Of a stretch of DNA of 64,000 nucleotides, positions 17,266 to 25,752 are shown piece by piece. Below the pieces are notes generated by a model. It had not been told where the DNA came from. It made no database searches and was given only the letters and a program-made list of their open reading frames with translations. This DNA is from Actinomycetota bacterium (lineage in GTDB: Bacteria; Actinomycetota; Acidimicrobiia; Acidimicrobiales; Ilumatobacteraceae). The stretch's first letter is position 1, and each line of letters begins with the position of its first letter. Location: positions 1,037 to 65,036 of the forward strand of contig JACQZX010000035.1 of assembly GCA_016213665.1 (NCBI GenBank). Direction: 5' to 3'. Position numbers and translations under genes: made by a program.

Positions 17266-18039
17266 TCAGAACGGGACGATGGTCGAGAGCAGACCGGCAC
17301 CTGCCGCGCGGCCGGCAAGGGTGCGGCAGAACTCAACCGCGTCAAGTTCGAGCGTAACGATCGGAGCGGCGCTGTCACCGGACCCGTGGAAGGCGAAGGT
17401 GCCGCCGGCTGCACCGGTGAGAGTGATTGCAACAGCTTGGCCGTGGCGACGCGCCCACTCGGCGGCCACATCGGCGACGACACGACCATCGTGATCGGCG
17501 GTGAGCACGAGCTGTCGGCCGGTCGCCCGCGCGGCATCGACGCGATGCATCCATAGATCACGGAGGTAGATGGTGTCGACCAGGTAGCCGAGCGACCACT
17601 TCTCGGCCACCGGCCCATCGACCTTCATCTTCAGACGGCGCACAACAGCGGGCAGCTTGGTGCGCTTGCGCACGGTAATCGGTGCGACGACAATCAGGCG
17701 GTCGACCAGGTCGGCGGGTGCAATGTGCAAACGTTCCGCGACCTGAACCGAGGAAAGCGCGGCTTCGAGTGCGCCGCCGACCGACTTCTGCCGCCGCTTC
17801 GCGGCACGTAATTGATGAAGGTTCTGCTTCACAGAGGTAGCGGCTTCGCATGCCGCGAGAACGTGGAGGTACATGTGATGCACGTTCCACGCCGGGCAAT
17901 CGGTGGCGGCCGACCAGTCGGCATCGCTGAGCGACGTCAGGAGGTCGATTGTCCGTTGCAGTTCGACGCGTTGCAGTTGCATCGCTGCCTCGTGAGCCAG
18001 CGGCCCGCGTGCGACGGCAGCGGTGGTGTCAGTGCTCAC
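17266..18039 (-). CDS. Maleylpyruvate-isomerase-family (MDMPI/DinB, mycothiol-dependent type) protein
   Basis: The N-terminal DinB-like helix bundle contains LTSLSDADWSAATDCPAWNVHHMYLHV. Confidence 0.65.
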   Translation of the reverse strand: MSTDTTAAVARGPLAHEAAMQLQRVELQRTIDLLTSLSDADWSAATDCPAWNVHHMYLHVLAACEAATSVKQNLHQLRAAKRRQKSVGGALEAALSSVQVAERLHIAPADLVDRLIVVAPITVRKRTKLPAVVRRLKMKVDGPVAEKWSLGYLVDTIYLRDLWMHRVDAARATGRQLVLTADHDGRVVADVAAEWARRHGQAVAITLTGAAGGTFAFHGSGDSAAPIVTLELDAVEFCRTLAGRAAGAGLLSTIVPF

Positions 18040-18054
18040 CGTTGATCGCCCGGA

Positions 18055-18417
18055 TCAGAAAGTGACGACTTGACCGGCTGCCGCGATCAGTTCCGCGGCG
18101 GCGGTCGGTGTCATCCAGGTGCCTGCCACTCTTGCAAGATCGTCCTCGGTGACCCCACGGGCCACTGCGCAACCCTTTCAAACGAAGACCGGTATTGCGT
18201 GCTCACGAACCTTGGCGATCAGGTCCCGCAGCGGAGCAAATCCGACGCCCTCGAGTCGATCGCCGACATCGGCTCGCAGAACCTCCGACGAGTCGCCGAC
18301 GAGCATGATGCCGGTACTCTGTCCCGCTTCGAACGAGCCGTTGGCCGCAAGGTGCCACGGGATCGTCGCGCGGGTCGGATCGGATTTTCCACTGGCAGCG
18401 ATGTAGAGGATGTCCAT
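18055..18417 (-). CDS. DsrE-family protein interrupted by one in-frame TGA (18178-18180): candidate UxxC selenoprotein or recent nonsense pseudogene
   Basis: The 5' part is MDILYIAASGK...IPVFV, then TGA, then 40 further in-frame codons: KGCAVARGVTEDDLARVAGTWMTPTAAAELIAAAGQVVTF. The product is colinear with the paralogue at 23569-23931 (..YFVCPICFNTKKLD...ATTFSY), and the TGA sits on its first Cys. Start could also be TTG 18441. Confidence 0.5.
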
Positions 18418-18499
18418 GTCGCGACGATAGCCCAGCGCCAATTACCCCCGCGCCGAACCATCACGATTACGGTGGGGCGACTTCGCCGACCGAGGGGGT

Positions 18500-19327
18500 G
18501 TGATGGCGCGGATACTCGACTACAACGGCCGCGACGCCGATCGGACAGTGACCGTCGCATCCATCATCGCGCTCAGGAACTCGGGGCAGCAGTTGGCGCA
18601 GGTAACTGCGGCGACTGCCGACGAGTCTGCGGCCGCAGAGGCTGCAGGCATCGAAATGGTCGTTTGTATGGGGGCTTCGGTTGCGGCTGTGCGCCGCGGG
18701 TCGGCGCGGGTGTTCGTCACGGCGGCGATCGACTTCGGTGGTGCGGTCACACTCGACGAGCTACTAGCGGCCGCCTTGCAGGCCCTCACCGACGGTGCCG
18801 ACGCCGTCATCACTGCCCGGCGGCTCGACTGCGTACGCCGACTGGCCGAGGAAGACATACCCGTGATGGGCCACCTCGGCTTCGTTCCCAAGAAGTCGAC
18901 GTTGTACGGCGGCGTGAGAGCCGTCGGCAAGACCGCCGACGAGGCAACTGCTTTGTGGAAACAGTTTCGACGACTCGAGGAGGCCGGTGCCTTCGCAGTG
19001 GAATGCGAATTGATCCCAGCGAAGGTGATGGCGGAGATCAATCAACGAACCGGGATGGTGACTATTTCGCTGGGCTCCGGACCCGACGCCGACGTGCTCT
19101 TCCTGTTCAGTTCCGACATCTGCGGCGAGAGTCCGCGAAAGCCGCGCCACGCGCGGGCATACGGCAATCTCGCGGCGCTGTACTCACAGGTCACCGCCGA
19201 GCGCGTGCGTGCGCTCTCGGCTTTTCGTGCCGATGTCGCTTCCGGGAGATTCCCCGACGAGTCCGAGGTCGGCCAGATCGCTCCGGCCGAGTTGGAGCGA
19301 TTTCTGAAATCACTCGCCGACGGCTGA
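18500..19327 (+). CDS. 3-methyl-2-oxobutanoate hydroxymethyltransferase (PanB)-like protein
   Basis: Ketopantoate hydroxymethyltransferase-like pattern: GIEMVVC ... IPVMGHLGFVPKKS...GG ... AFAVECELIP ... ISLGSGPDADV. Confidence 0.6.
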   Translation: MMARILDYNGRDADRTVTVASIIALRNSGQQLAQVTAATADESAAAEAAGIEMVVCMGASVAAVRRGSARVFVTAAIDFGGAVTLDELLAAALQALTDGADAVITARRLDCVRRLAEEDIPVMGHLGFVPKKSTLYGGVRAVGKTADEATALWKQFRRLEEAGAFAVECELIPAKVMAEINQRTGMVTISLGSGPDADVLFLFSSDICGESPRKPRHARAYGNLAALYSQVTAERVRALSAFRADVASGRFPDESEVGQIAPAELERFLKSLADG

Positions 19328-19398
19328 TCGACGGACGGCGGGATTGACGAACCAGCCCGCAACCGACGAGGCAGCCGTTCGCTAAGGTCATCCCTTCA

Positions 19399-21057
19399 GT
19401 GGCCAAGCCGACGATTCTCGCTGTTGACGACGATCCGCAGGTACTCAGCGCGGTTCGACGCGATCTGCAACGACAGTACGGCGACAGGTACCGGGTGGTC
19501 GCCGCCCCCGGCGGGCCGGAAGGACTACAGGCAGCGCAGCAGCTCCGCGAACGTGGTGACGACATCGCACTGTTTCTTGTCGATCAACGAATGCCGACGC
19601 TGCAGGGCACCGAGTTACTTGAAAAAGCCGCACCGCTCTTTCCGATGGCGAAGACCGTGCTGCTCACCGCCTACGCGGATACTGAGGCAGCAATTGCTGC
19701 CATCAATGACATCGGGCTCGACCATTACCTGAGGAAACCGTGGGATCCGCCGGAGCAACACCTGTACCCCGTGCTCGACGACCTGCTCGACTCGTGGTAT
19801 CGCGAGGCACAACCGCCCTACGACGGCATACGCGTAATGGGTACCCGCCAGTCCCCTGCCTCGTTCGCGGTCAAGGACTTCCTCGCTCGTAACCAGATTC
19901 CATATGCATGGGAGGACGTACAACGCGATCGTGCGGCTCGTACGTGGTTCGAGAACAGTGTGCACGACGAAGGCGACCTGCCGTTGGTCTTCGTCGACGG
20001 AGAAGTGCTCGTCGGTCCCGACATCGCCACGCTCGCCGCGCGACTTCATCGACAGACCGGCGCTCGACTGCCGATGTACGACCTCGTGATCATCGGCGGT
20101 GGCCCCGCCGGGCTGGGCGCCGCGGTCTACGGAGCGTCGGAAGGGCTCAGCACGGTGCTCATCGATCGTCACGCCACCGGCGGTCAAGCGGGCACCAGCT
20201 CGCGCATCGAGAACTACCTCGGATTCCCGAAAGGCCTCACCGGTGCCGACCTCGCCCAACGCGCCACCACGCAGGTTCTCCGTTTCGGCGCGGAAGTGCT
20301 GTGTCCCGCCGAGGTCACCGGCATTCGCTCCGAGGAGATCTACAAATACGTGAAGCTCAGCGACGGAAGCGAGTTGGCCTGCCGAGCGCTGCTGATCGCA
20401 TCGGGGATGATGACGCGCACCCTCGAAAAACCCGGCGTCGAGCAATTCACCGGTCGCGGGGTGTACTACGGCGCGGCGCTCACCGAGGCTGTCACCTACC
20501 GCGACGAGCACGTAGTCGTCGTCGGCGGCGCCAACTCGGCAGGTCAAGGAGCGATGCTCTTCTCGCGGTACGCATCGAAGGTCACCATCCTCATCCGCGG
20601 CAACGACATCGCAGCCAAGATGAGCGACTACCTGGTGAAACAGATTGCCGCCACCTCGAACATCGAGATTCGCCCGAACACCGAGATCGCGGAGGTGCGC
20701 GGCGGCGACTCCCTGACAGAGGTATTGGTGCTCGACCGCGTCAGTGGCGACATCGAGGTAACCGACGCGCGTGCCGTCTTCGTGTTCGTGGGTACCGCCC
20801 CACATTCCGATCTGCTCCGCGGTGTCGTTGAACTGGACCCGCAAGGCTTCGTGCTCACCGGACCCGACCTGATCGTCGATGGCAAACCGCCGAAGGGCTG
20901 GACCCTTCCTCGTGCGCCCCACTTGCTCGAGACGAGCGTTCCTGGAATTTTCGCCGCCGGCGACATCCTTCACGGGGCCGTCCGACGCATCGCATCGGCG
21001 GTAGGCATGGGAGCGATCGCGGTCACGCTCGTGCACCAATACCTCGACGAAGTCTGA
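19399..21057 (+). CDS. Response-regulator receiver + glutaredoxin-like + thioredoxin-reductase-like flavoprotein fusion (redox cysteines absent)
   Basis: REC domain: ILAVDDDP ... LFLVDQRMP ... LLTAY. Grx-fold segment has SPAS where CPxC is expected. FAD motifs are VIIGGGPAGL and GIFAAGD, and the NAD(P)H motif is VVVGGANSA. GAALTEA replaces the CATCDG active site. Confidence 0.8.
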   Translation: MAKPTILAVDDDPQVLSAVRRDLQRQYGDRYRVVAAPGGPEGLQAAQQLRERGDDIALFLVDQRMPTLQGTELLEKAAPLFPMAKTVLLTAYADTEAAIAAINDIGLDHYLRKPWDPPEQHLYPVLDDLLDSWYREAQPPYDGIRVMGTRQSPASFAVKDFLARNQIPYAWEDVQRDRAARTWFENSVHDEGDLPLVFVDGEVLVGPDIATLAARLHRQTGARLPMYDLVIIGGGPAGLGAAVYGASEGLSTVLIDRHATGGQAGTSSRIENYLGFPKGLTGADLAQRATTQVLRFGAEVLCPAEVTGIRSEEIYKYVKLSDGSELACRALLIASGMMTRTLEKPGVEQFTGRGVYYGAALTEAVTYRDEHVVVVGGANSAGQGAMLFSRYASKVTILIRGNDIAAKMSDYLVKQIAATSNIEIRPNTEIAEVRGGDSLTEVLVLDRVSGDIEVTDARAVFVFVGTAPHSDLLRGVVELDPQGFVLTGPDLIVDGKPPKGWTLPRAPHLLETSVPGIFAAGDILHGAVRRIASAVGMGAIAVTLVHQYLDEV

Positions 21058-21080
21058 GCAGGACAGACGTTAGGCACTCG

Positions 21081-22484
21081 ATGCTGATCGACGACCTACG
21101 CAGCAACTTTCTCACCGGAGGTCTGAGCGAAACCCAATTGGAGGAACTCGCCGCCGCCGGCGAGGAAATTTTGTTCGGCGCCGGAGTAGAGGTGTTCCGC
21201 GACAACGGCCACGCGGAACACTTTTGGATCCTGCTCGAGGGGCATGTCGAGCTGGTGCGTGACTCCGACCTGCTCTTCACCATGAACACCCCGGGTCAGT
21301 GGGCCGGCGGCTGGCACGCCTGGGACGCGACATCGCCCACAGGCGAATCGCGTTCGTTGCATCCAAGCCGGCACCCGTCACAGGGAATCAGCGTGCTCTC
21401 GGTCACCGGCGGACGCATGTTTCGAGTGCCGTCGGCGACGCTGAGCCGTCTCGCGGGTGATTGGTTCCCCTTCGCCAAGCACCTGATCATGGGCATCTAC
21501 CAGAACGTTCGACGAATCGAAACAGACCACCGCGAACGCGAGTCGCTCGTCGCGCTAGGCACGATCGCTGCCGGGCTGGCCCACGAGATCAACAACCCAG
21601 CGGCAGCCGCGCTGCGCGCAGTGGGATCGCTGCGCGAGACCGTCGACGAGATACTCGGCGAACTCGCGATCCAAACGATCGGAGTCGAACAGCGCGCCGC
21701 CCTCGATGAGTTGCGACACGCGCTCAGCGAGCGACCCGTTGCCGACGGTGGACCACTCGACAAGTTGGACCGAGAGGATGCTGTGGCGGCGTGGCTGGAG
21801 GGGCGCGGCGTAGGGCGGGCGTGGCAGATCGCACCCAGCCTGGCGGCGGCCGGCGGTGACCCAGAGTGGTTGTCGGAAGTGGAGACAGCCATCGGTGGCG
21901 AGCCGCTGGAACCCGGCCTTCGTTGGGTCGCGACCGCGATCACAGCGGCGGCCCTGCTGGCCGAATTGTCCGAGGCCACGAGTCGCATCTCCACACTTGT
22001 CGCGGACGTCAAGTCGTACTCGCAAATGGACCGAGCCGCACTGCAGCGAACCGACATCCGCGTCGGAATCGAAAGCACATTGGTGATACTTGCCCGCAAA
22101 CTCGAAGAAGTGGACGTGCAGCGAGCCTTCGATGCCGAGCTTCCACTCATCGAGGCCTACGCCGCCGAATTGAACCAGGTGTGGACGAACTTGATCGACA
22201 ATGCGATCGATGCCATGGACGGACGTGGCACGTTGCGCCTGGCCGCCCGCGCCGACGGTGACGCGGTCGTTGTCGACGTCACCGACAGCGGCCACGGCAT
22301 GTCGCTGGAAGTGCAGACACGCGCTTTCGAGCCCTTCTTCACGACCAAGGACGTGGGCAAGGGCACCGGTTTGGGCCTCGACATGGTGCGAAGAATCGTG
22401 GTCGACCACCACGGCGGCGAGATCACGTTCGACTCGACCCCGGCCGGAACAACAGCGCACGTACGGCTACCCATCACTCATTGA
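21081..22484 (+). CDS. Cyclic-nucleotide-binding-domain histidine kinase
   Basis: An N-terminal cNMP-binding-like domain is present. H-box is LAHEINNPAAAAL, N-box is NLIDNAIDAM, and G-boxes are DSGHGM and GTGLGL. Confidence 0.8.
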   Translation: MLIDDLRSNFLTGGLSETQLEELAAAGEEILFGAGVEVFRDNGHAEHFWILLEGHVELVRDSDLLFTMNTPGQWAGGWHAWDATSPTGESRSLHPSRHPSQGISVLSVTGGRMFRVPSATLSRLAGDWFPFAKHLIMGIYQNVRRIETDHRERESLVALGTIAAGLAHEINNPAAAALRAVGSLRETVDEILGELAIQTIGVEQRAALDELRHALSERPVADGGPLDKLDREDAVAAWLEGRGVGRAWQIAPSLAAAGGDPEWLSEVETAIGGEPLEPGLRWVATAITAAALLAELSEATSRISTLVADVKSYSQMDRAALQRTDIRVGIESTLVILARKLEEVDVQRAFDAELPLIEAYAAELNQVWTNLIDNAIDAMDGRGTLRLAARADGDAVVVDVTDSGHGMSLEVQTRAFEPFFTTKDVGKGTGLGLDMVRRIVVDHHGGEITFDSTPAGTTAHVRLPITH

Positions 22485-22514
22485 GCAGCACTAAATGCCG
22501 CGGTGGTCAGGTGT

Positions 22515-23000
22515 TCAACTCGACGAGCCGGTTTGGCGGGAGGCGTCGTTGAGTAGCTTGCGCAGATAACCCAGCACGTGGATGTGCTTCTTGGTGTCCA
22601 TCTCGGCTGTCCTGACCAGCAACGCCCACAGTTTCCGTTCGCCCTTGGCGCGCTGCCATGTGCGCCGTAATTGTCGGAGGCTCTTGAGGTCGGCTTTCTC
22701 GAGGCGGAGAAGTTCCTCGGTCGTTGCCAGGAGTGCGTCGAGGTCGCCTGTGATGTGGCCAGACGGGACATGTGACTTGACCTCGCGCCATTGGATCGAG
22801 CGCTCCAGCGTTCCCTGCATGTCGGCGAACATCTGGTGGTGGCGCTTCTCGTCGCTCAGGACCAGGTTGATCAGGTAGCTCGCCACGTCGTCGGCACGAT
22901 CCTCGAGGAGATTCTCGTAAGCCTGCAAGGCGTGAGCTTCCGCCCTGACGTGCTCGCCGAGATAACCGGACAACGCGGCATAGTGGGTTGGTACGGCCAC
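22515..23000 (-). CDS. Ferritin-like / di-iron four-helix-bundle protein
   Basis: ExxH-type motifs are present (DEKRHHQMF, EMDTKKHIHVL). GTG 23000 is preceded by AGGAGG. Confidence 0.5.
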   Translation of the reverse strand: MAVPTHYAALSGYLGEHVRAEAHALQAYENLLEDRADDVASYLINLVLSDEKRHHQMFADMQGTLERSIQWREVKSHVPSGHITGDLDALLATTEELLRLEKADLKSLRQLRRTWQRAKGERKLWALLVRTAEMDTKKHIHVLGYLRKLLNDASRQTGSSS

Positions 23001-23082
23001 AGCTAAACCTCCTGACGCGACTGTTTCGAACCCTAGCGCCGAGCCATGCCAGGAATCCGCTCGACTGCACAACCGGAAAGGA

Positions 23083-23562
23083 CTACCTGGCGGGCGCAGA
23101 ACGCTGTGCCCTCGCATCGAGAGCGACGAGTGACTCCACGAGTTCCCTGCGTGCGAGTTGGAAGGATCGGATGCGGACCAGCAGAGCGCGTCGCCAGAAC
23201 GTGGCTGGGTGCAGTTCGCAAGCGACAGTGACGAGGGCGCCGGCCGCATGGTCCGCCACCACCCAGGTCCACAGCGCGTAGGAGGGGTTGCCGTCGTCGG
23301 TTGCGGACCTGTAGGCGAAGCACCGACCGACCGGGTCGAGCACTTCGACCTCCGAACGGCTATGCCACCGCTGACCGAGAGCGCTCATCTCGACTGTCCA
23401 TCGGTCGCCGACTGTGATGCGATCCGGTCGTTCGATCACGGCCGTGATCGCCCGGTTCCACTCTGCGAGTCGGGCGATGTCGGTGACAATGTGGAACACT
23501 TCGTCGGCCGATGCGTCGATGACCCTCGACGCCGAGACATGTCCGGTCATGGTGCGTGCCAT
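23083..23562 (-). CDS. SRPBCC (polyketide cyclase/START-like) family protein
   Basis: VSASRVIDASADEVFHIVTDIARLAEWN is the typical SRPBCC N-terminus. Confidence 0.7.
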   Translation of the reverse strand: MARTMTGHVSASRVIDASADEVFHIVTDIARLAEWNRAITAVIERPDRITVGDRWTVEMSALGQRWHSRSEVEVLDPVGRCFAYRSATDDGNPSYALWTWVVADHAAGALVTVACELHPATFWRRALLVRIRSFQLARRELVESLVALDARAQRSAPAR

Positions 23563-23568
23563 TCCTTG

Positions 23569-23931
23569 TCAGTAGCTGAACGTCGTTGCGCCGTCGCCGA
23601 TCCATTCCCACATCGGGACGGTGCCTTGAAGTTCGGCGCCGGCGATGAGTGCCGCAGAGTCGAGCTTCTTTGTGTTGAAGCAGATCGGGCAGACGAAGTA
23701 CCGGCCGCCAGCGGCCTGGTAGCGCTTGACCAGGTCGGCGAGAGACGGGCAGCCCTCGCAGGCGACGCCAGTAGCGACGCCTTCGAGTGTGAGTCGGACG
23801 GCTTCTTTGGTGAGGAACATGAGGGTCGGGCGCCCGGACTCTGCTGCTCCGACAGCGACGAGGTACGCGACCGTGACCTTCTCGGCGTCCTCGAGACCAG
23901 TGGAGAGAGAGACGACAGCTTTGCTGGACAT
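23569..23931 (-). CDS. DsrE-family sulfur-relay-like protein with CxxC
   Basis: KAVVSLSTGLED...MFLTKEAV...YFVCPICFNTKKLD. ATG 23931 within a longer ORF. Confidence 0.7.
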   Translation of the reverse strand: MSSKAVVSLSTGLEDAEKVTVAYLVAVGAAESGRPTLMFLTKEAVRLTLEGVATGVACEGCPSLADLVKRYQAAGGRYFVCPICFNTKKLDSAALIAGAELQGTVPMWEWIGDGATTFSY

Positions 23932-24015
23932 AGTTGAGCCTTTCGAGCGCGGGCTGGATTGCCCGTCTTGGGTCAACCTACAGAGCGGGCCGCGGTAGGT
24001 CGTCCGGTGTTCGCC

Positions 24016-25590
24016 CTACAACTGGAGGGGTGTGAACGAGTCGAGCAGGCCGTTCTGCATGGCGAACAGAGTCGCTGTCGACCGGGTCGACGCGCCGATC
24101 TTGGTGTAGATCCGTTCGATGTGGGTGCCCGCCGTCTTGGTGGAAATGCCGAGGGCGCGCGCCACCTGCTTGTTGGAAGCCCCCCGCGCAATAAGCGTGA
24201 GCACCTCAACCTCTCGTGGAGTGAGCCCCGCGGGGCCCGAGGCGCGTCTCGGTCGATCCCGACCTGCGGCGGACAGCACCGCGTCAACGGCGTTACCGGC
24301 AAGACGCCCTGCACGGACTTCATTGCGGAGCTCGCTGGCAGCATCCTTGGGAGTACGAGCCGCGCGGTACGCACGTGGTTCGGTCATCGCCTGGAATGCG
24401 CAAGCGGCGGCGAGGATCCGGCCAGCCGCAGGGATCGCTGACCCGGAGAGACCTCGGTGATAGCCAGATCCGTCGAGGCGTTCGTTCGCCAGCGACGCCA
24501 CGGCGCCGATGCGTGCTAGGGCTGGGGGGCGGGCCAGTGTGCGCTCGGTGTAGTAGGAGTGCATCCGCATCCGCTCAGACTCCGTCGACGTGAGCCGCCC
24601 CGGCTTCTCAAGGATCGTGGCGGCCACACCGTGCATGCCGACGTCATGCACCCACGCCGCACGGCGAAGAATCACGACATCATCGTCGGAGAGACCGCAC
24701 AGCGCACCCGCCCGGGCTGCCAGATCCGCAACCGCGCGTGAGTGGCCCGATCGTGCCCGTGACCGCAGATCGGTGAAGTCGGCGATCGCCTCCAGCGCCG
24801 CGTCGAAAGCGGACTCGGTAAGCCGTTGCTGCAGCCGCGGATCATGGGCGATGAGGGCCGGCCAATCGGTCGCCTCGTCCAAACCTTCGAACAGGTCGAC
24901 CGCCAGTGCGCAGAACACATCCACCACCTCCGGGTCGAACTGCCTGCCCCTCCGTGAGCGAGCCACCTCGATGGCCGCCGCTGTTCCACCCCGGCGGTGA
25001 GCCGCCTCCGCGAGATCAGCGAGATGGAAAAGCCGAACAGAACGCGCGACGTGCTCACCACCGAGTCCGTCCGGCACGCCACTTCCGTCCCAGCGCGTGA
25101 ACCACTGCTGCAACGGCTCACACACCTCGGCACCGAAGCCCAGGCGCTCGGCCATGTGGACGGTGCTCAAGCAATGCGACATGAGTCCCCGCTCGACAGG
25201 CTTGCCCCCAGTCATGATGAGAGTGCCGGCCAGCCGCAGCCGCTTCATCGCCGGGCTCCCGGCACCGACTCGCGCCAGCGCGTACTTGAACATCGGCAGA
25301 CCGGCCAGATCCACTTCGTAACTGCCTCGCCGGAAGGCGATGTCGTCGCCAAACCAGTTCGCAACCTCGGGTGTGTCGGCCACGCATCCGACCCAAGCGA
25401 GCATCGCCACGTAGTAAAGCTCTGCGGCGCCCTCGCCGTCGACACCCATGTGCTCTCCGAGGCGCGTCGCGATCGCCCAGGATCGCAATACATGCTCCAT
25501 CGGCTGACCCAACCCGAGGTCGGTCGCCAGCGAGAAGGCCGCGACCAACTCGGCGAGACTTAATCCAGAGTCGCGATCACCGGGCGACAT
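24016..25590 (-). CDS. Tandem HD/HD-GYP-like domains fused to a C-terminal LuxR-type HTH
   Basis: The HD-GYP signature is NERLDGSGYHRGLSG; a degenerate first copy reads RWDGSGVPDGLGG. The LuxR HTH is LTPREVEVLTLIARGASNKQVARALGISTKTAGTHIERIYTKIG. Confidence 0.75.
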   Translation of the reverse strand: MSPGDRDSGLSLAELVAAFSLATDLGLGQPMEHVLRSWAIATRLGEHMGVDGEGAAELYYVAMLAWVGCVADTPEVANWFGDDIAFRRGSYEVDLAGLPMFKYALARVGAGSPAMKRLRLAGTLIMTGGKPVERGLMSHCLSTVHMAERLGFGAEVCEPLQQWFTRWDGSGVPDGLGGEHVARSVRLFHLADLAEAAHRRGGTAAAIEVARSRRGRQFDPEVVDVFCALAVDLFEGLDEATDWPALIAHDPRLQQRLTESAFDAALEAIADFTDLRSRARSGHSRAVADLAARAGALCGLSDDDVVILRRAAWVHDVGMHGVAATILEKPGRLTSTESERMRMHSYYTERTLARPPALARIGAVASLANERLDGSGYHRGLSGSAIPAAGRILAAACAFQAMTEPRAYRAARTPKDAASELRNEVRAGRLAGNAVDAVLSAAGRDRPRRASGPAGLTPREVEVLTLIARGASNKQVARALGISTKTAGTHIERIYTKIGASTRSTATLFAMQNGLLDSFTPLQL

Positions 25591-25752
25591 CCAGACCCTC
25601 CCGCGAATTCTTCCCGCGTGCCATCCCCACAGCACTCGACGCAGACCAGCGTGGCATCGAGGAAACCGTAGCGTGGCTAGTTCGCCACTGCCTGAGACCT
25701 AATGCAGCAAGTAGACCACCGCCGCCCAACGGCTCGACAAGTCGGTATCAGG

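Noticed and set aside
19615-21039. A 474-aa ORF on the minus strand.
   Set aside because: It is fully antisense to the REC/TrxR-like gene. Its product is Arg/Gly/His-rich low-complexity text without motifs, while the plus-strand product has clear domain signatures. This is the typical shadow ORF of high-GC DNA.
21290-21420. A suspected frameshift inside the cNMP-binding domain of the histidine kinase (odd segment WHAWDATSPTGESRSLHPSRHPSQG).
   Set aside because: Neither alternative frame gives more domain-like text. The reading frame is continuous into the conserved HisKA/HATPase part, so this is probably a lineage-specific insertion.
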